Part shown: piece after piece, positions 10,120-18,947 of the stretch
Layout: each line of letters begins with the position of its first letter
How positions within the stretch are numbered: position 1 is the first letter of the stretch
From: a bacterium
GTDB lineage: Bacteria; Patescibacteriota; Saccharimonadia; Saccharimonadales; SZUA-47
Direction: 5' to 3'
DNA length: 64,000 nt
Assembly (NCBI GenBank): GCA_009923445.1
Contig: RFTN01000002.1
Span: forward strand, 102,436-166,435
The notes under the pieces: generated by a model
Databases searched by the model: none
Seen by the model: the letters and a program-made list of their open reading frames with translations, nothing else
Told to the model about the DNA's origin: nothing
Program-made: the position numbers and the translations under genes

Positions 10120-11397
10120 TTAATCGTCTTTGTATAGTTGGTGGTTATCGGCCAAAGTTTTTGCAGAAAGCGCCTGCAAAGTGCGCTCTAACTCAAATGC
10201 TTCTGGACTTATTTGCAAAGCCATTTCGTTAATACCCTTAAGGTACACTTGGCCTAAATTTTTCACTCGTGACAAGGCTACATATCCCATTCCTGGCGTA
10301 AATGCACGGGACAGATCAATTTCGGCCGCGTCGAGTGTCATGCCTTGGCTTTTGTGTACGGTTATTGCCCAGGCAAGCCTGAGCGGTAATTGCGTAAGGC
10401 TCGCACGTTTTGTTTCGCCGTCAATAAGTTCCCACGATTCTGGTTTGATAGTAACTTCTCCACCATTCTGCAGTGCAACCTGCGGATAATCAGTCCCCTT
10501 CTCGAAACCAATTACAGATCCAAGACTACCATTTACATATGACTTATCTTGAGCATTTTTTATACACATGACAGCGGCACCAATTTTAAGCTGGAGCACT
10601 TCGGGGGCTAAGCAACTTTTTTTAAGCGTATCGACATACTGTTTTTTACCAGTTGTCTCCATGAAGTAAGAGACAGTAGGACTATTAATAGTTTGTAGTT
10701 TTTTAGAATTCACGGCATCGACATCTATATTGGTGGTGTATAGTTTTGTAATAGTTTCAAACGGATCAATAAATGCGCCTATGCGTGAGTGCAGCTGTTC
10801 GTACTGGTCTTCGCTGAGTGAATTGTCGCGTATCGCCTGTAGTAGTGTCGCATAATTGGCATCGTTAATTTGCCTGTAGTTTGTCTTGAGGTAACAAACA
10901 CTAAATTCTGCCTCATTCCAAACACGTGATTTATGTATAAAGCTACCGCTTCGACTTCCTTGCCGATTTATTGGAGGCAGCTGAAAAAAATCTCCACTTA
11001 AAACTACCTGCAGACCTCCGAACGGCCTTTCGCTCTTGCGAGCGTGACGCAAAACCCGGTCGATCATATCGAGCCGAAAATCGTGTAGCATGCTTATTTC
11101 ATCTATTATTAAAATATCAGTTTTTTTAATTGTATCGAGTCTTGAACTCGGTAGTTTTTTTAACATATGCTCAGACACATCATCATGAATACCAATACCC
11201 GCCCATGAATGTATGGTCGTGCCGCTCAGATGCGTTGCAGCCAACCCAGTCGTTGCCGTTACGGCCACCACCCTACCCTTTAAACGTGCTTGAGCTATAA
11301 AATCTTGAAGTAATGTCGTTTTACCGCTACCAGCGGCGCCAGTTAATACAACATTTTTGCCGGCGAGTAATATAGCTCTTGCATGATGCTGTTCCAT
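10120..11397 (-). CDS. PIF1/RecD-family SF1 helicase
   Basis: Walker A GAAGSGKTT, Walker B DEISML, and the C-terminal block TVHKSQGMTLD typical of RecD/PIF1-like helicases. Confidence 0.8.
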   Translation of the reverse strand: MEQHHARAILLAGKNVVLTGAAGSGKTTLLQDFIAQARLKGRVVAVTATTGLAATHLSGTTIHSWAGIGIHDDVSEHMLKKLPSSRLDTIKKTDILIIDEISMLHDFRLDMIDRVLRHARKSERPFGGLQVVLSGDFFQLPPINRQGSRSGSFIHKSRVWNEAEFSVCYLKTNYRQINDANYATLLQAIRDNSLSEDQYEQLHSRIGAFIDPFETITKLYTTNIDVDAVNSKKLQTINSPTVSYFMETTGKKQYVDTLKKSCLAPEVLQLKIGAAVMCIKNAQDKSYVNGSLGSVIGFEKGTDYPQVALQNGGEVTIKPESWELIDGETKRASLTQLPLRLAWAITVHKSQGMTLDAAEIDLSRAFTPGMGYVALSRVKNLGQVYLKGINEMALQISPEAFELERTLQALSAKTLADNHQLYKDD

Positions 11398-11413
11398 ATA
11401 TAGCTAGTCTATA

Positions 11414-12031
11414 CTACTTGGCGCGTTTTTTGGCAGCGGCTTTTTGGGTAGGTGGCGGTATACGCAGTCTCAGTTGAATTAGTAGTACAACAAATAGAGC
11501 GTTCGTCGTGGCAACGACTATCGGATAATACACAGTCGTGAACGAATAGTTTTCTAGAGCCATAATTGCAAATATATATTTTAGTGATGTAAAACCAAAA
11601 GTAACAATTGTTTCTTCATACGGTTTAGTTAAAGATTTTCGAACCGTAGGAATAAAGCCAATAACATCTACAGCGCTAATAATAACGAGTGCCAAAACTT
11701 GACTATCATTAATGGTAAAGAGTGCCACTCCCAAAAAGGCTCCCATGAGACAAAGCCAGTCGAGGTTTGTAATATTTGTTTGGCCTTTATAGACAGACAG
11801 TATAAAAATTATAAAATTCATAACAGCCGTAAAAGCCAATACCCATGTGCCCACACCGCCACCGCCATTCACTTGCGAAAAAAAAGCAACAGTACTCATT
11901 GTGCACCAAACCAGCCATGTAAAAGCATGGGGCCTTGTGTTGCCCTTAAAAATATCTTTTAAATAATTATAATAGGCTAAGATGGCACACAATAGAGCAA
12001 CAATTGTTAGTAGCGTTTTTGTTTCGTACAT
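11414..12031 (-). CDS. Polytopic membrane protein, function unknown
   Basis: 205 aa with about 6-7 hydrophobic helices and a basic C-terminal tail. No motif recognised. Confidence 0.6.
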   Translation of the reverse strand: MYETKTLLTIVALLCAILAYYNYLKDIFKGNTRPHAFTWLVWCTMSTVAFFSQVNGGGGVGTWVLAFTAVMNFIIFILSVYKGQTNITNLDWLCLMGAFLGVALFTINDSQVLALVIISAVDVIGFIPTVRKSLTKPYEETIVTFGFTSLKYIFAIMALENYSFTTVYYPIVVATTNALFVVLLIQLRLRIPPPTQKAAAKKRAK

Positions 12032-12078
12032 TACAGTTACTTTAGCACAAGCACTACGCGTAATGAAGTAACTTTGGG

Positions 12079-12369
12079 CTAATCGTCGTCTTCTTTATCT
12101 TGGTTTTGTATCTTAGCTGGATTATCTTGCACCTTTTTTGCAGGAGACGACACTGTTTGATCGACTACAGATGCAGGCGTTTGAGCTGGTTGCGGGGTTT
12201 GTATTGGTGCCGATTGTTCAGTTGTGATTGTAGCCTTAGGTAAGACGTCGGCAGTAGATTTTTTATTTTGCACATAAGCAAATACTGCACCGCCTAAATA
12301 TACAGCCAGAAAAAATGACACTATAATAACCATTGTTTTATTCAATGCGCTAGTATTAGCATCTGCCAT
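12079..12369 (-). CDS. Small single-pass membrane protein with a Pro/Gln/Thr-rich acidic tail
   Basis: 96 aa with one TM helix (MVIIVSFFLAVYLGGAVFAY). The start lies 2 nt after the stop of the LRR gene. Confidence 0.5.
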   Translation of the reverse strand: MADANTSALNKTMVIIVSFFLAVYLGGAVFAYVQNKKSTADVLPKATITTEQSAPIQTPQPAQTPASVVDQTVSSPAKKVQDNPAKIQNQDKEDDD

Positions 12370-12371
12370 GT

Positions 12372-12878
12372 TTACAATAAAATTGTCGTCTTAGTTAGTG
12401 TTTGTTTAATAACATTAAGGTCTTGCATCGACACGTTATTTCCGCGTAAATCCAGGGTCTCTAGTTGCGTAAGCTTACCTAGTTCGTTTGGCAAGCCAGT
12501 AAGTTGGTTATTTGCTAGGTTTAACATTTTAAGTTTTGTTAATTGCCCAACCTCTGCTGGTACGCCAGTCATCATGTTATTGCTTGCATCTAAAATTTGT
12601 AAACTAGATAGTTTTCTGATTTCGGCAGGCATTGCACCTGTTAATTTATTGTTTTGAATATATAACTCAGTAGTGCCGGTTTTACTTAGCACGTCTTTAG
12701 GAAATTCTGTTAACCCTTGATTACTTCTATCTACAATGGTCTTACCGCTCTGTATAGTTTGTGAACTATTGGAACTGTTTGGATTTTGCGTACTTGGTGC
12801 TTGAGACTTATTTTTTATAAGTGCCACACCAACTACTACACCAGCTACAAAAAATATTAAAAATGTGAGTTTTTTCAT
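12372..12878 (-). CDS. Secreted or membrane-anchored leucine-rich repeat (LRR) protein
   Basis: N-terminal hydrophobic anchor, then at least 4 tandem 23-24-aa LRRs (LxxLxLxxNxLTGxPxExGxL). ATG at 12878 chosen; a TATAGT box lies 6 nt upstream. Confidence 0.8.
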   Translation of the reverse strand: MKKLTFLIFFVAGVVVGVALIKNKSQAPSTQNPNSSNSSQTIQSGKTIVDRSNQGLTEFPKDVLSKTGTTELYIQNNKLTGAMPAEIRKLSSLQILDASNNMMTGVPAEVGQLTKLKMLNLANNQLTGLPNELGKLTQLETLDLRGNNVSMQDLNVIKQTLTKTTILL

Positions 12879-12927
12879 ATTCTCACTATAGCACGTTACC
12901 ACTTTTACTTAAGTGATGCTATGTGTA

Positions 12928-13737
12928 TTACTTGTACAACTCGGGTAATAGATTGGCTATTTCGTCATAGCTTGGCGCACCCTTATATGCACGTGTTTTT
13001 TCAGGTAAAATGCCACTGCCAATTAGTGCATGAATACCAATTATTAAGTCGGCCGCAGTGGGTATATTTAACAATTGCTCACTAGCTTCAAAATCAATAG
13101 TAGTTTCGCCAAACCTATATAATCGTTCAGCATCTTGCTGCAAAGCAAATGTTAATGGAAATTCAGCTTCACGAGCATGCACCACATTCGCCCCCACTTC
13201 ATCATTATCTAAATCTATAACGTTAAAAAATATTGATTTTTTGGCATCTATAAAGTTTTTTGATCTTATAATATCTAATTTTGTTTCGTGCTCTAAAAAC
13301 CCTTCTGAAACGCCTAACACGTCATCATACTCGTCTTCATCATATTGATCGAATACACTTACCATAAGATCGTCTTCGTCATATTCTGATTCATGCTCGT
13401 TAATTATGTCATCATCAATTTCAATATTATTTATATCTAGAAAGCTCGAACCTAAAAATAGTTTTGCTGCTTCTGGACTCCATGTTTTATTTATTGGAAT
13501 TGATCGTAAGTGCAAAAATGTTATTTCTTCACTATGCTGATCTTTATCGTATCTAAACTTTAATGAACCGCCTTCATCATCGCCGTGTCCTACATATAGC
13601 GATAGCTGAACCTTATATATATCTTTAAATGGTCGACCTACTCTATGGGCCACACCAGCTAATTTATTTGCAAATCCATGCAACATAAAATCTGATGCAG
13701 GTAAATAAAGCTCACTATATTGTTCGGTGTTATGCAT
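12928..13737 (-). CDS. Hypothetical acidic protein (269 aa)
   Basis: Long ORF with no signal peptide or TM helix. It has Asp/Glu-rich runs (EYDEDDLMVSVFDQYDEDEYDD). Overlaps the upstream orphan by 8 nt. No motif recognised. Confidence 0.6.
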   Translation of the reverse strand: MHNTEQYSELYLPASDFMLHGFANKLAGVAHRVGRPFKDIYKVQLSLYVGHGDDEGGSLKFRYDKDQHSEEITFLHLRSIPINKTWSPEAAKLFLGSSFLDINNIEIDDDIINEHESEYDEDDLMVSVFDQYDEDEYDDVLGVSEGFLEHETKLDIIRSKNFIDAKKSIFFNVIDLDNDEVGANVVHAREAEFPLTFALQQDAERLYRFGETTIDFEASEQLLNIPTAADLIIGIHALIGSGILPEKTRAYKGAPSYDEIANLLPELYK

Positions 13738-14422
13738 TGCTATACCCTAGCGCCATACGTAATTTGGCAAGCTGCGTTTCTTCTTTAACAAAATCTACTA
13801 CCTCGTGAACTACGTACCCCAAAGTAACATCATCGGCAGATGAATACTTATAGTCTTCTTCTAAAAATGGTTGCTCTAAATAAAAATCTTCAGCTGCTTG
13901 TTCACAGCTATCAACAAAGCCACCCGTATACGGCGATTCATTACCTGTTCTAAGTACTAGTTTACCCACGACGCTACCGTTAGCCAAAAAGGCCATTTTA
14001 AATAATCGAGCTAAGTGAGATTCTTTACTATTTTGCTCTACTAAGGCAATGCTCTTTTTATTACTAAACATAGCGTCGTTAATACTTAATTCTTCGACTG
14101 TAGGTTTGTCTACTGCAAAACTAGGGCTATATACATACTGCATACTTACACTAATGACGCCGTGCAGTGTATTGCCATCAAACCAACGCTCGACTACTCG
14201 CAACCTGCGTCGCTCTTTATGCTCGGTGTAGTCGTTTGTAAAGTTTTCGTAATCGTACCAAGGCTTGCCTACAGATATAGCCCTACTAAATGCATAGCCT
14301 AGATGTTTTTCTTTAACTATTGTATGCGGCAATTGGCGGGCGCTATTTATAGCATCTATCAGCTCCGTAGCCAGCGGAACCTCTAGCTGCTGTACTGGTA
14401 TGTGCGCATGACGATTAGCCAT
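13730..14422 (-). CDS. Hypothetical protein (230 aa)
   Basis: ORF with an AAGGAT Shine-Dalgarno sequence 4 nt before the ATG at 14422. The ORF-track start at 14458 is a GTG with no SD. No motif recognised. Confidence 0.6.
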   Translation of the reverse strand: MANRHAHIPVQQLEVPLATELIDAINSARQLPHTIVKEKHLGYAFSRAISVGKPWYDYENFTNDYTEHKERRRLRVVERWFDGNTLHGVISVSMQYVYSPSFAVDKPTVEELSINDAMFSNKKSIALVEQNSKESHLARLFKMAFLANGSVVGKLVLRTGNESPYTGGFVDSCEQAAEDFYLEQPFLEEDYKYSSADDVTLGYVVHEVVDFVKEETQLAKLRMALGYSNA

Positions 14423-14553
14423 AAGATCCTTACTAACTTTTACCGCCAATAAACCCACCGCTGTTTATTTTTTGACTTATAGCTAGCTTACCGCAACGTA
14501 AACTGTGCTGCAACAGTTTTGTTTGGCATGCGAAAAACTGATACAGTAAAGTC

Positions 14554-15060
14554 ATGATACGAAGAGTTGCTGTGCGAGCTGTGATAGTAAATGACCAGGG
14601 CTACATGTTTGCCGTGCGGCAACGAAAGCGTGATGGCACTGCGAAAGATTTTTGGTGCACTATTGGAGGCGGCGTAGATATACAAGAGACTCTGCAAGAT
14701 GCGATAGTTCGTGAATGTATTGAAGAAACTGGCGTAACACCAGCTGTTGGTGCCCTGCTGTATGTGCAACAGTTTAGCGATGCAACCTATGACCATTTAG
14801 AGTTCTTTTATAGGGTAGAAAATTGGCAAGATTTTGTTGATGTGGACCTTACTAAAACAACCCACGGCATGGCCGAGATTGTTGAGTGCAGATTTATTGA
14901 TGTACATGAACAAAAAACGCTGCCAACGTTTTTACAAGAAGTTGATATAACCAAAAACGAGGCTGTACAGTTTTTTAGTTATAAAGTAGTAATAATCCGA
15001 TCTACTACATCTGTTAGTGTTGCTGCTACGCGGTCTGCTTCGGGCGAGTTATCTTCTTAA
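14554..15060 (+). CDS. NUDIX hydrolase
   Basis: Nudix box GGGVDIQETLQDAIVRECIEETGV (GX5EX7REUXEEXGU). Confidence 0.85.
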   Translation: MIRRVAVRAVIVNDQGYMFAVRQRKRDGTAKDFWCTIGGGVDIQETLQDAIVRECIEETGVTPAVGALLYVQQFSDATYDHLEFFYRVENWQDFVDVDLTKTTHGMAEIVECRFIDVHEQKTLPTFLQEVDITKNEAVQFFSYKVVIIRSTTSVSVAATRSASGELSS

Positions 15061-15118
15061 TTGGCAGTCTTAACAAGCATACTCGTATTTAGCTAGCTTC
15101 ATATGTATGACTCCTAAT

Positions 15119-16417
15119 TTACGTTAACAAGTCTTCTATTTTTACACGCGTTTGCTGTGTGGTGTCGCGATCACGCAATGTCACGGTGCCGTCTTTTTCG
15201 ATAGTATCAAAGTCAATAACAACGCAGTACGGTGTGCCAATTTCGTCTTGGCGACGATAGCGCTTACCTATGTTGCCGTTGTCGTCCCACATGACAGCGC
15301 CATGCTTCTTTTTAAGCGCGGCATATACTTCACGGGCCCTAGCAACTAGTTCTGGCTTGTTTTTAAGTAGCGGCGATACACAGTACTTAATTGGGGCAAG
15401 GTGCACTGGCAGTTTAAAGTACACGCGTTTTTCGCCGTTTACTTCGTCTTCGGTATAGGCAGCTACTAGTACGGCCATTAACGCTCGTTCAACACCAAAG
15501 CTTGGTTCGATTACGTGTGGTACAAATACCTCTGCGCCGTCTTTGGTTCGGTAGTCCATGCTTTTACCAGAGTTATTTTGAATGTTCATTAAGTCAAAGT
15601 CGGTACGGTATGCTAGGCCTAAAAGTTCTTTGCGGCCATGCGGAAAATCAAATTCAAAGTCGATGGTACGCTTGCTGTAGTGCGCACGATCGTCACCTTC
15701 AACCTCTAGTTCATGAATCGAATCTTTTGGCAAACCCAGTTGGTCACACCATTCGTGGATTAACTTTACCCACATATCAAAACTAGCTTCCCAGTCTTTA
15801 GGGTTTACAAAATATTCGATTTCCATTTGTTCGAACTCGCGGCTTCTAAACACAAAATCACGAGGACTAATTTCATTGCGGAACGCTTTACCCTGCTGCG
15901 CTAAACCAAATGGCAGATCTGGGTAAAGCGTATCAACAACGTTTTTAAAGTTAGTGAATATACCCTGTGCTGTCTCAGGCCGTAAATAACTAATGCTACT
16001 TTCGTCGGCTACAGGACCAACATTTGTTTTAAACATCATGTTAAACGCTCGAGCCTTGCCAAACGTGCCCACCTTGCCGCACGTTGGACATTTGCTTGTG
16101 TCTATTTGATCTTCGCGGAATCGGGCCTTACAATTACTACACTCAACAAGCGGGTCGGTAAATGTATCAACATGGCCACTTGCCTGCCACACCTTTTGGT
16201 TCATTAAAATAGCAGCGTCAATGCCGTACATGTCGTCGCGGTCGTCTACGAACATCTTCCACCACAGCTGCATAATATTGCGCTTGAGCGCCACACCAAG
16301 TGGGCCGTAGTCCCATGTACCGCTCAAGCCGCCATATACTTCACTACCCTGATACACGAACCCACGGCGCTTACATAAACTGGCAATATCTTCGAGGGTA
16401 ACTTTGTTTGAACTCAT
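15119..16417 (-). CDS. glyQS: Glycine--tRNA ligase (alpha2 type)
   Basis: The class II aaRS GlyQS N-terminus (RGFVYQGSEVYGGLSGTWDYGPLG), the FRNEISPR motif 2 region and a C-terminal anticodon-binding domain. Confidence 0.93.
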   Translation of the reverse strand: MSSNKVTLEDIASLCKRRGFVYQGSEVYGGLSGTWDYGPLGVALKRNIMQLWWKMFVDDRDDMYGIDAAILMNQKVWQASGHVDTFTDPLVECSNCKARFREDQIDTSKCPTCGKVGTFGKARAFNMMFKTNVGPVADESSISYLRPETAQGIFTNFKNVVDTLYPDLPFGLAQQGKAFRNEISPRDFVFRSREFEQMEIEYFVNPKDWEASFDMWVKLIHEWCDQLGLPKDSIHELEVEGDDRAHYSKRTIDFEFDFPHGRKELLGLAYRTDFDLMNIQNNSGKSMDYRTKDGAEVFVPHVIEPSFGVERALMAVLVAAYTEDEVNGEKRVYFKLPVHLAPIKYCVSPLLKNKPELVARAREVYAALKKKHGAVMWDDNGNIGKRYRRQDEIGTPYCVVIDFDTIEKDGTVTLRDRDTTQQTRVKIEDLLT

Positions 16418-16445
16418 TACCTAATAGTATAGCGCGGACCAGTGA

Positions 16446-16473
16446 AATAAAAAATAACCCGCCAAGAAGCGAG
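16446..16473 (-). terminator. Candidate intrinsic terminator after the two-gene small-protein cassette
   Basis: Minus strand reads CTCGC-ttcttg-GCGGG followed by TTATTTTTTATTT. Confidence 0.5.
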
Positions 16474-16489
16474 AATTATTATGTTTAAG

Positions 16490-16726
16490 TTATTTATCTG
16501 GACTGATAATAGTTTGCTGAACGTGCGCCTCTACCGCACGGGCACCAAGCTGATATGCATCCGGATCAATAGCAATAGTTTCTATAGCGTTTTCAAAATC
16601 ATCGCCCATTGCCCCCACTCTATCTGCTGCAGCCGTATACTGTGCGTCAATATTGTCTAGGGCGTTAGACAAAACTTTCATTTCGTCTGTTCTTGGAATG
16701 CCGTATGCTGGCGCATCGTCAGTCAC
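16490..16726 (-). CDS. Hypothetical acidic small protein (78 aa)
   Basis: The GTG start lies 1 nt after the stop of the upstream ORF, suggesting translational coupling. No motif recognised. Confidence 0.5.
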   Translation of the reverse strand: MTDDAPAYGIPRTDEMKVLSNALDNIDAQYTAAADRVGAMGDDFENAIETIAIDPDAYQLGARAVEAHVQQTIISPDK

Positions 16727-16727
16727 G

Positions 16728-17030
16728 TTATGCTACCTCAGAGTGTGTGGGCATATTTACGTGTACATGTATTGGTATTGCAGGTTCGTCTATAGATTGT
16801 ATTGCTACTGTCACACTGTTTTCTAATGCTGCTAAACCTACTTTATGATTTAATAATGGCCCTCTTTCTACTGAAACATCTGAAGGTTTATAAGAATCTA
16901 GAAGCGAAGTAAAGTAATTATCTGCATTATTTTGCCCTACCACTTTAGCAACTTTGTTATAATCTTGCCATGCTTTATTAGAAGCATTCTCTGCTTGTTC
17001 GTCTGCATATGTTCTGTTTGTTTTAGTCAT
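16728..17030 (-). CDS. Hypothetical small protein (100 aa)
   Basis: The ATG at 17030 lies 9 nt downstream of a consensus-like promoter. The longer GTG-initiated ORF would contain the -10 box. Confidence 0.5.
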   Translation of the reverse strand: MTKTNRTYADEQAENASNKAWQDYNKVAKVVGQNNADNYFTSLLDSYKPSDVSVERGPLLNHKVGLAALENSVTVAIQSIDEPAIPIHVHVNMPTHSEVA

Positions 17031-17039
17031 AACATAAGC

Positions 17040-17068
17040 ATAATACACTATAGTGGCATGTATGTCAA
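17040..17068 (-). promoter_or_regulatory. Sigma70-type promoter TTGACA-17-TATTAT
   Basis: -35 TTGACA (17068-17063), 17-nt spacer, -10 TATTAT (17045-17040). The start codon is 9 nt downstream, implying a leaderless or near-leaderless mRNA. Confidence 0.6.
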
Positions 17069-17099
17069 TAATATATTTAATGTGTACATTTTTTATTCA

Positions 17100-17807
17100 C
17101 TACTTTAGGTTTTTTTGTGTATGTAAACTAGCAATATCTGACAACAAAGCTACTAAGTCACTAGCGTAGTGTTGTGTTTCTTGCACCATTGAGAAACTTT
17201 TCACCGTAAGTGCAGATGCAATACGCAGTACCTTAATGTGACTTGCGCTATAGTGACCGGACGCTTGTGGCTCAAAAGCCATACTGGGCAAATCAAATTC
17301 AAAGTTATCGCTCGCCAGCAACTTTGCGCCGTCTGCTGCGTAATCGGTATTTATGCCGTGGCCTGACAGCTTTAACAGTTGCATCATAAACCATACGTAA
17401 ACGATGTCTTTATTAGCGCCGTTATGCATTTGAACGAGCGCATCTGAAGTAATGGTGTAGTAGCTATTTTCGCATTCGTGTTCGGTGTAGGCATGAATGG
17501 TGCGGAGTATTTTATAGCCAGTTTCGAGTGTCTCGAGGTTTTTTGTAATATTGCTCAGCTGCAGTAGTGCGTTTGCAGATACGAGTCGTTTTAGCTCGTT
17601 TTGCGATTGCATGTACGTTACGTTGTTTATGCAAAACGGTTCGATGCCGCCAGCTAACTTACTTTTAGGTTTACGTACACCGCGAGCGAGCAGTGAAAAC
17701 TTACCACCAGATTCAGATAAAACGCTCAGTATTCGATCTGCCTCGCCGTAGTCGATACGCTTTAGCACTAATACGTTGTCGACTATTTTATGCATGAGTT
17801 TTAACAA
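17100..17807 (-). CDS. recO: DNA repair protein RecO
   Basis: RecO N-terminal OB-fold block (VLVLKRIDYGEADRILSVLSESGGKFSLLARGVRKPKSKLAGGIEPF). Its 5' end overlaps the REC gene. Confidence 0.85.
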   Translation of the reverse strand: MLKLMHKIVDNVLVLKRIDYGEADRILSVLSESGGKFSLLARGVRKPKSKLAGGIEPFCINNVTYMQSQNELKRLVSANALLQLSNITKNLETLETGYKILRTIHAYTEHECENSYYTITSDALVQMHNGANKDIVYVWFMMQLLKLSGHGINTDYAADGAKLLASDNFEFDLPSMAFEPQASGHYSASHIKVLRIASALTVKSFSMVQETQHYASDLVALLSDIASLHTQKNLK

Positions 17808-18162
17808 GTGAATCTAGTTTTTGCTGTAACTGCAAAAGCGTTGTAAGCGGTTTATACAACACGGCGCTTACGCCCAACTGCTTGAGGGCGCTTATTTGTG
17901 CTTGTGTCATTTGCTGCATTGTCCACACAAGTATTGGTACATGGTTCCAGTCGTGGTAACTTCTAAATTCGTGTAAAAATTCTATGCCGCTATGCCCTCT
18001 TAGCGCTATATCGAGTACAACGACGTCAGGTGAGGTTGTATCAATTTTATGAATCGCTTCTTGGGCACCAGCAACAGCAAAAACGTCATAGTTATATTTT
18101 TTTAAGTAACGGCTAACCGTTGCTACGACTATTGGATCTGATTCTATAAGAATAACGCGCAT
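17788..18162 (-). CDS. Single-domain response regulator (REC only)
   Basis: CheY-like fold with ESD acidic pocket, phospho-acceptor Asp in VVVLDIAL, Thr in LVWT and Lys in LYKPL. No output domain. ATG at 18162 chosen. Confidence 0.8.
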   Translation of the reverse strand: MRVILIESDPIVVATVSRYLKKYNYDVFAVAGAQEAIHKIDTTSPDVVVLDIALRGHSGIEFLHEFRSYHDWNHVPILVWTMQQMTQAQISALKQLGVSAVLYKPLTTLLQLQQKLDSLVKTHA

Positions 18163-18167
18163 ACAAC

Positions 18168-18863
18168 CTACACTAAACAAAGTTGATTTGTAATTTTCAT
18201 ATCGAATACGAGCCCATGTAACCCACCATGCCTTGCAAGCCGAATCGAAGAGCTCATTGCATCAACAAGTTGGTCGGCAATAAATAACTGGCTTGACGCG
18301 CCATTTGCTAGGTCAGAAAAAGGCCTGAGCGCTTTGCCTATGTTTGCTTTTGCCTTTGCAGCGAACTGCCGACTAAACTGCTGCGATGAATCTGTAAAGA
18401 CACCAATACAGATACCATTTTTTGTGGAATACGATGCGAGTGTAATGATTTGTTTTGCTTGTGGTGATGAATGTTGATGAGATTCAATAAATGCTCTGCC
18501 CATCATTGTTAGTGCGGTCGTAGCTACGTGCCTATTTGCCAAAATGACTGCTTGTTTTTTAGGAGTAGTTATCAGTACATTACAGCTAAATTGTTTTGCA
18601 TGATCGGCCAGTGAATATGCCGCATCAACAACTACAGCCGCCGGACTAATTGGCTGCAGGGCGAGTTGTGTTTGTTGACTGCTTGTACTAAGCGTATAGG
18701 CATCTATCGTGTCTATGGCATGCCTGGCAGCAGAACGAATGTCTGCGCGCGCTGACTCTGCTTCGGCCATAAACAAAATACGCACAAGTGGTGTCTTTAG
18801 ATCTTGTGCGAGCGCACTAAACAACGAATAAGCGCTTTGCGTGTCGTGCTTGCTAGCCGCCAT
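18168..18863 (-). CDS. Degenerate histidine-kinase-like protein (pseudo-HK, no sensor or TM region)
   Basis: The H-box-like segment FSALAQDLKTPL has Gln where the phospho-accepting His sits in SHELRTPL. The C-terminal half keeps HATPase-like spacing, but the N, G1 (DSSQQ) and G2 (GASSQL) boxes are degenerate. Confidence 0.6.
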   Translation of the reverse strand: MAASKHDTQSAYSLFSALAQDLKTPLVRILFMAEAESARADIRSAARHAIDTIDAYTLSTSSQQTQLALQPISPAAVVVDAAYSLADHAKQFSCNVLITTPKKQAVILANRHVATTALTMMGRAFIESHQHSSPQAKQIITLASYSTKNGICIGVFTDSSQQFSRQFAAKAKANIGKALRPFSDLANGASSQLFIADQLVDAMSSSIRLARHGGLHGLVFDMKITNQLCLV

Positions 18864-18947
18864 TGTTACCCCTTTATATAACTAGTATACCAGCAGGGTC
18901 ACAAATAGATGACGTGCTTTTTACCATAGTTAAAATTGGTATTGATA

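Noticed and set aside
14488-14796. 102-aa minus-strand ORF.
   Set aside because: It is antisense to the NUDIX gene, which has a clear Nudix box. No motif or SD is present.
16490-17030. WXG100/Esx-like pair or a known type II toxin-antitoxin family.
   Set aside because: The sizes and pairing fit, but neither protein has a central W-x-G or any toxin or antitoxin motif I recognise. I left them as unknown.
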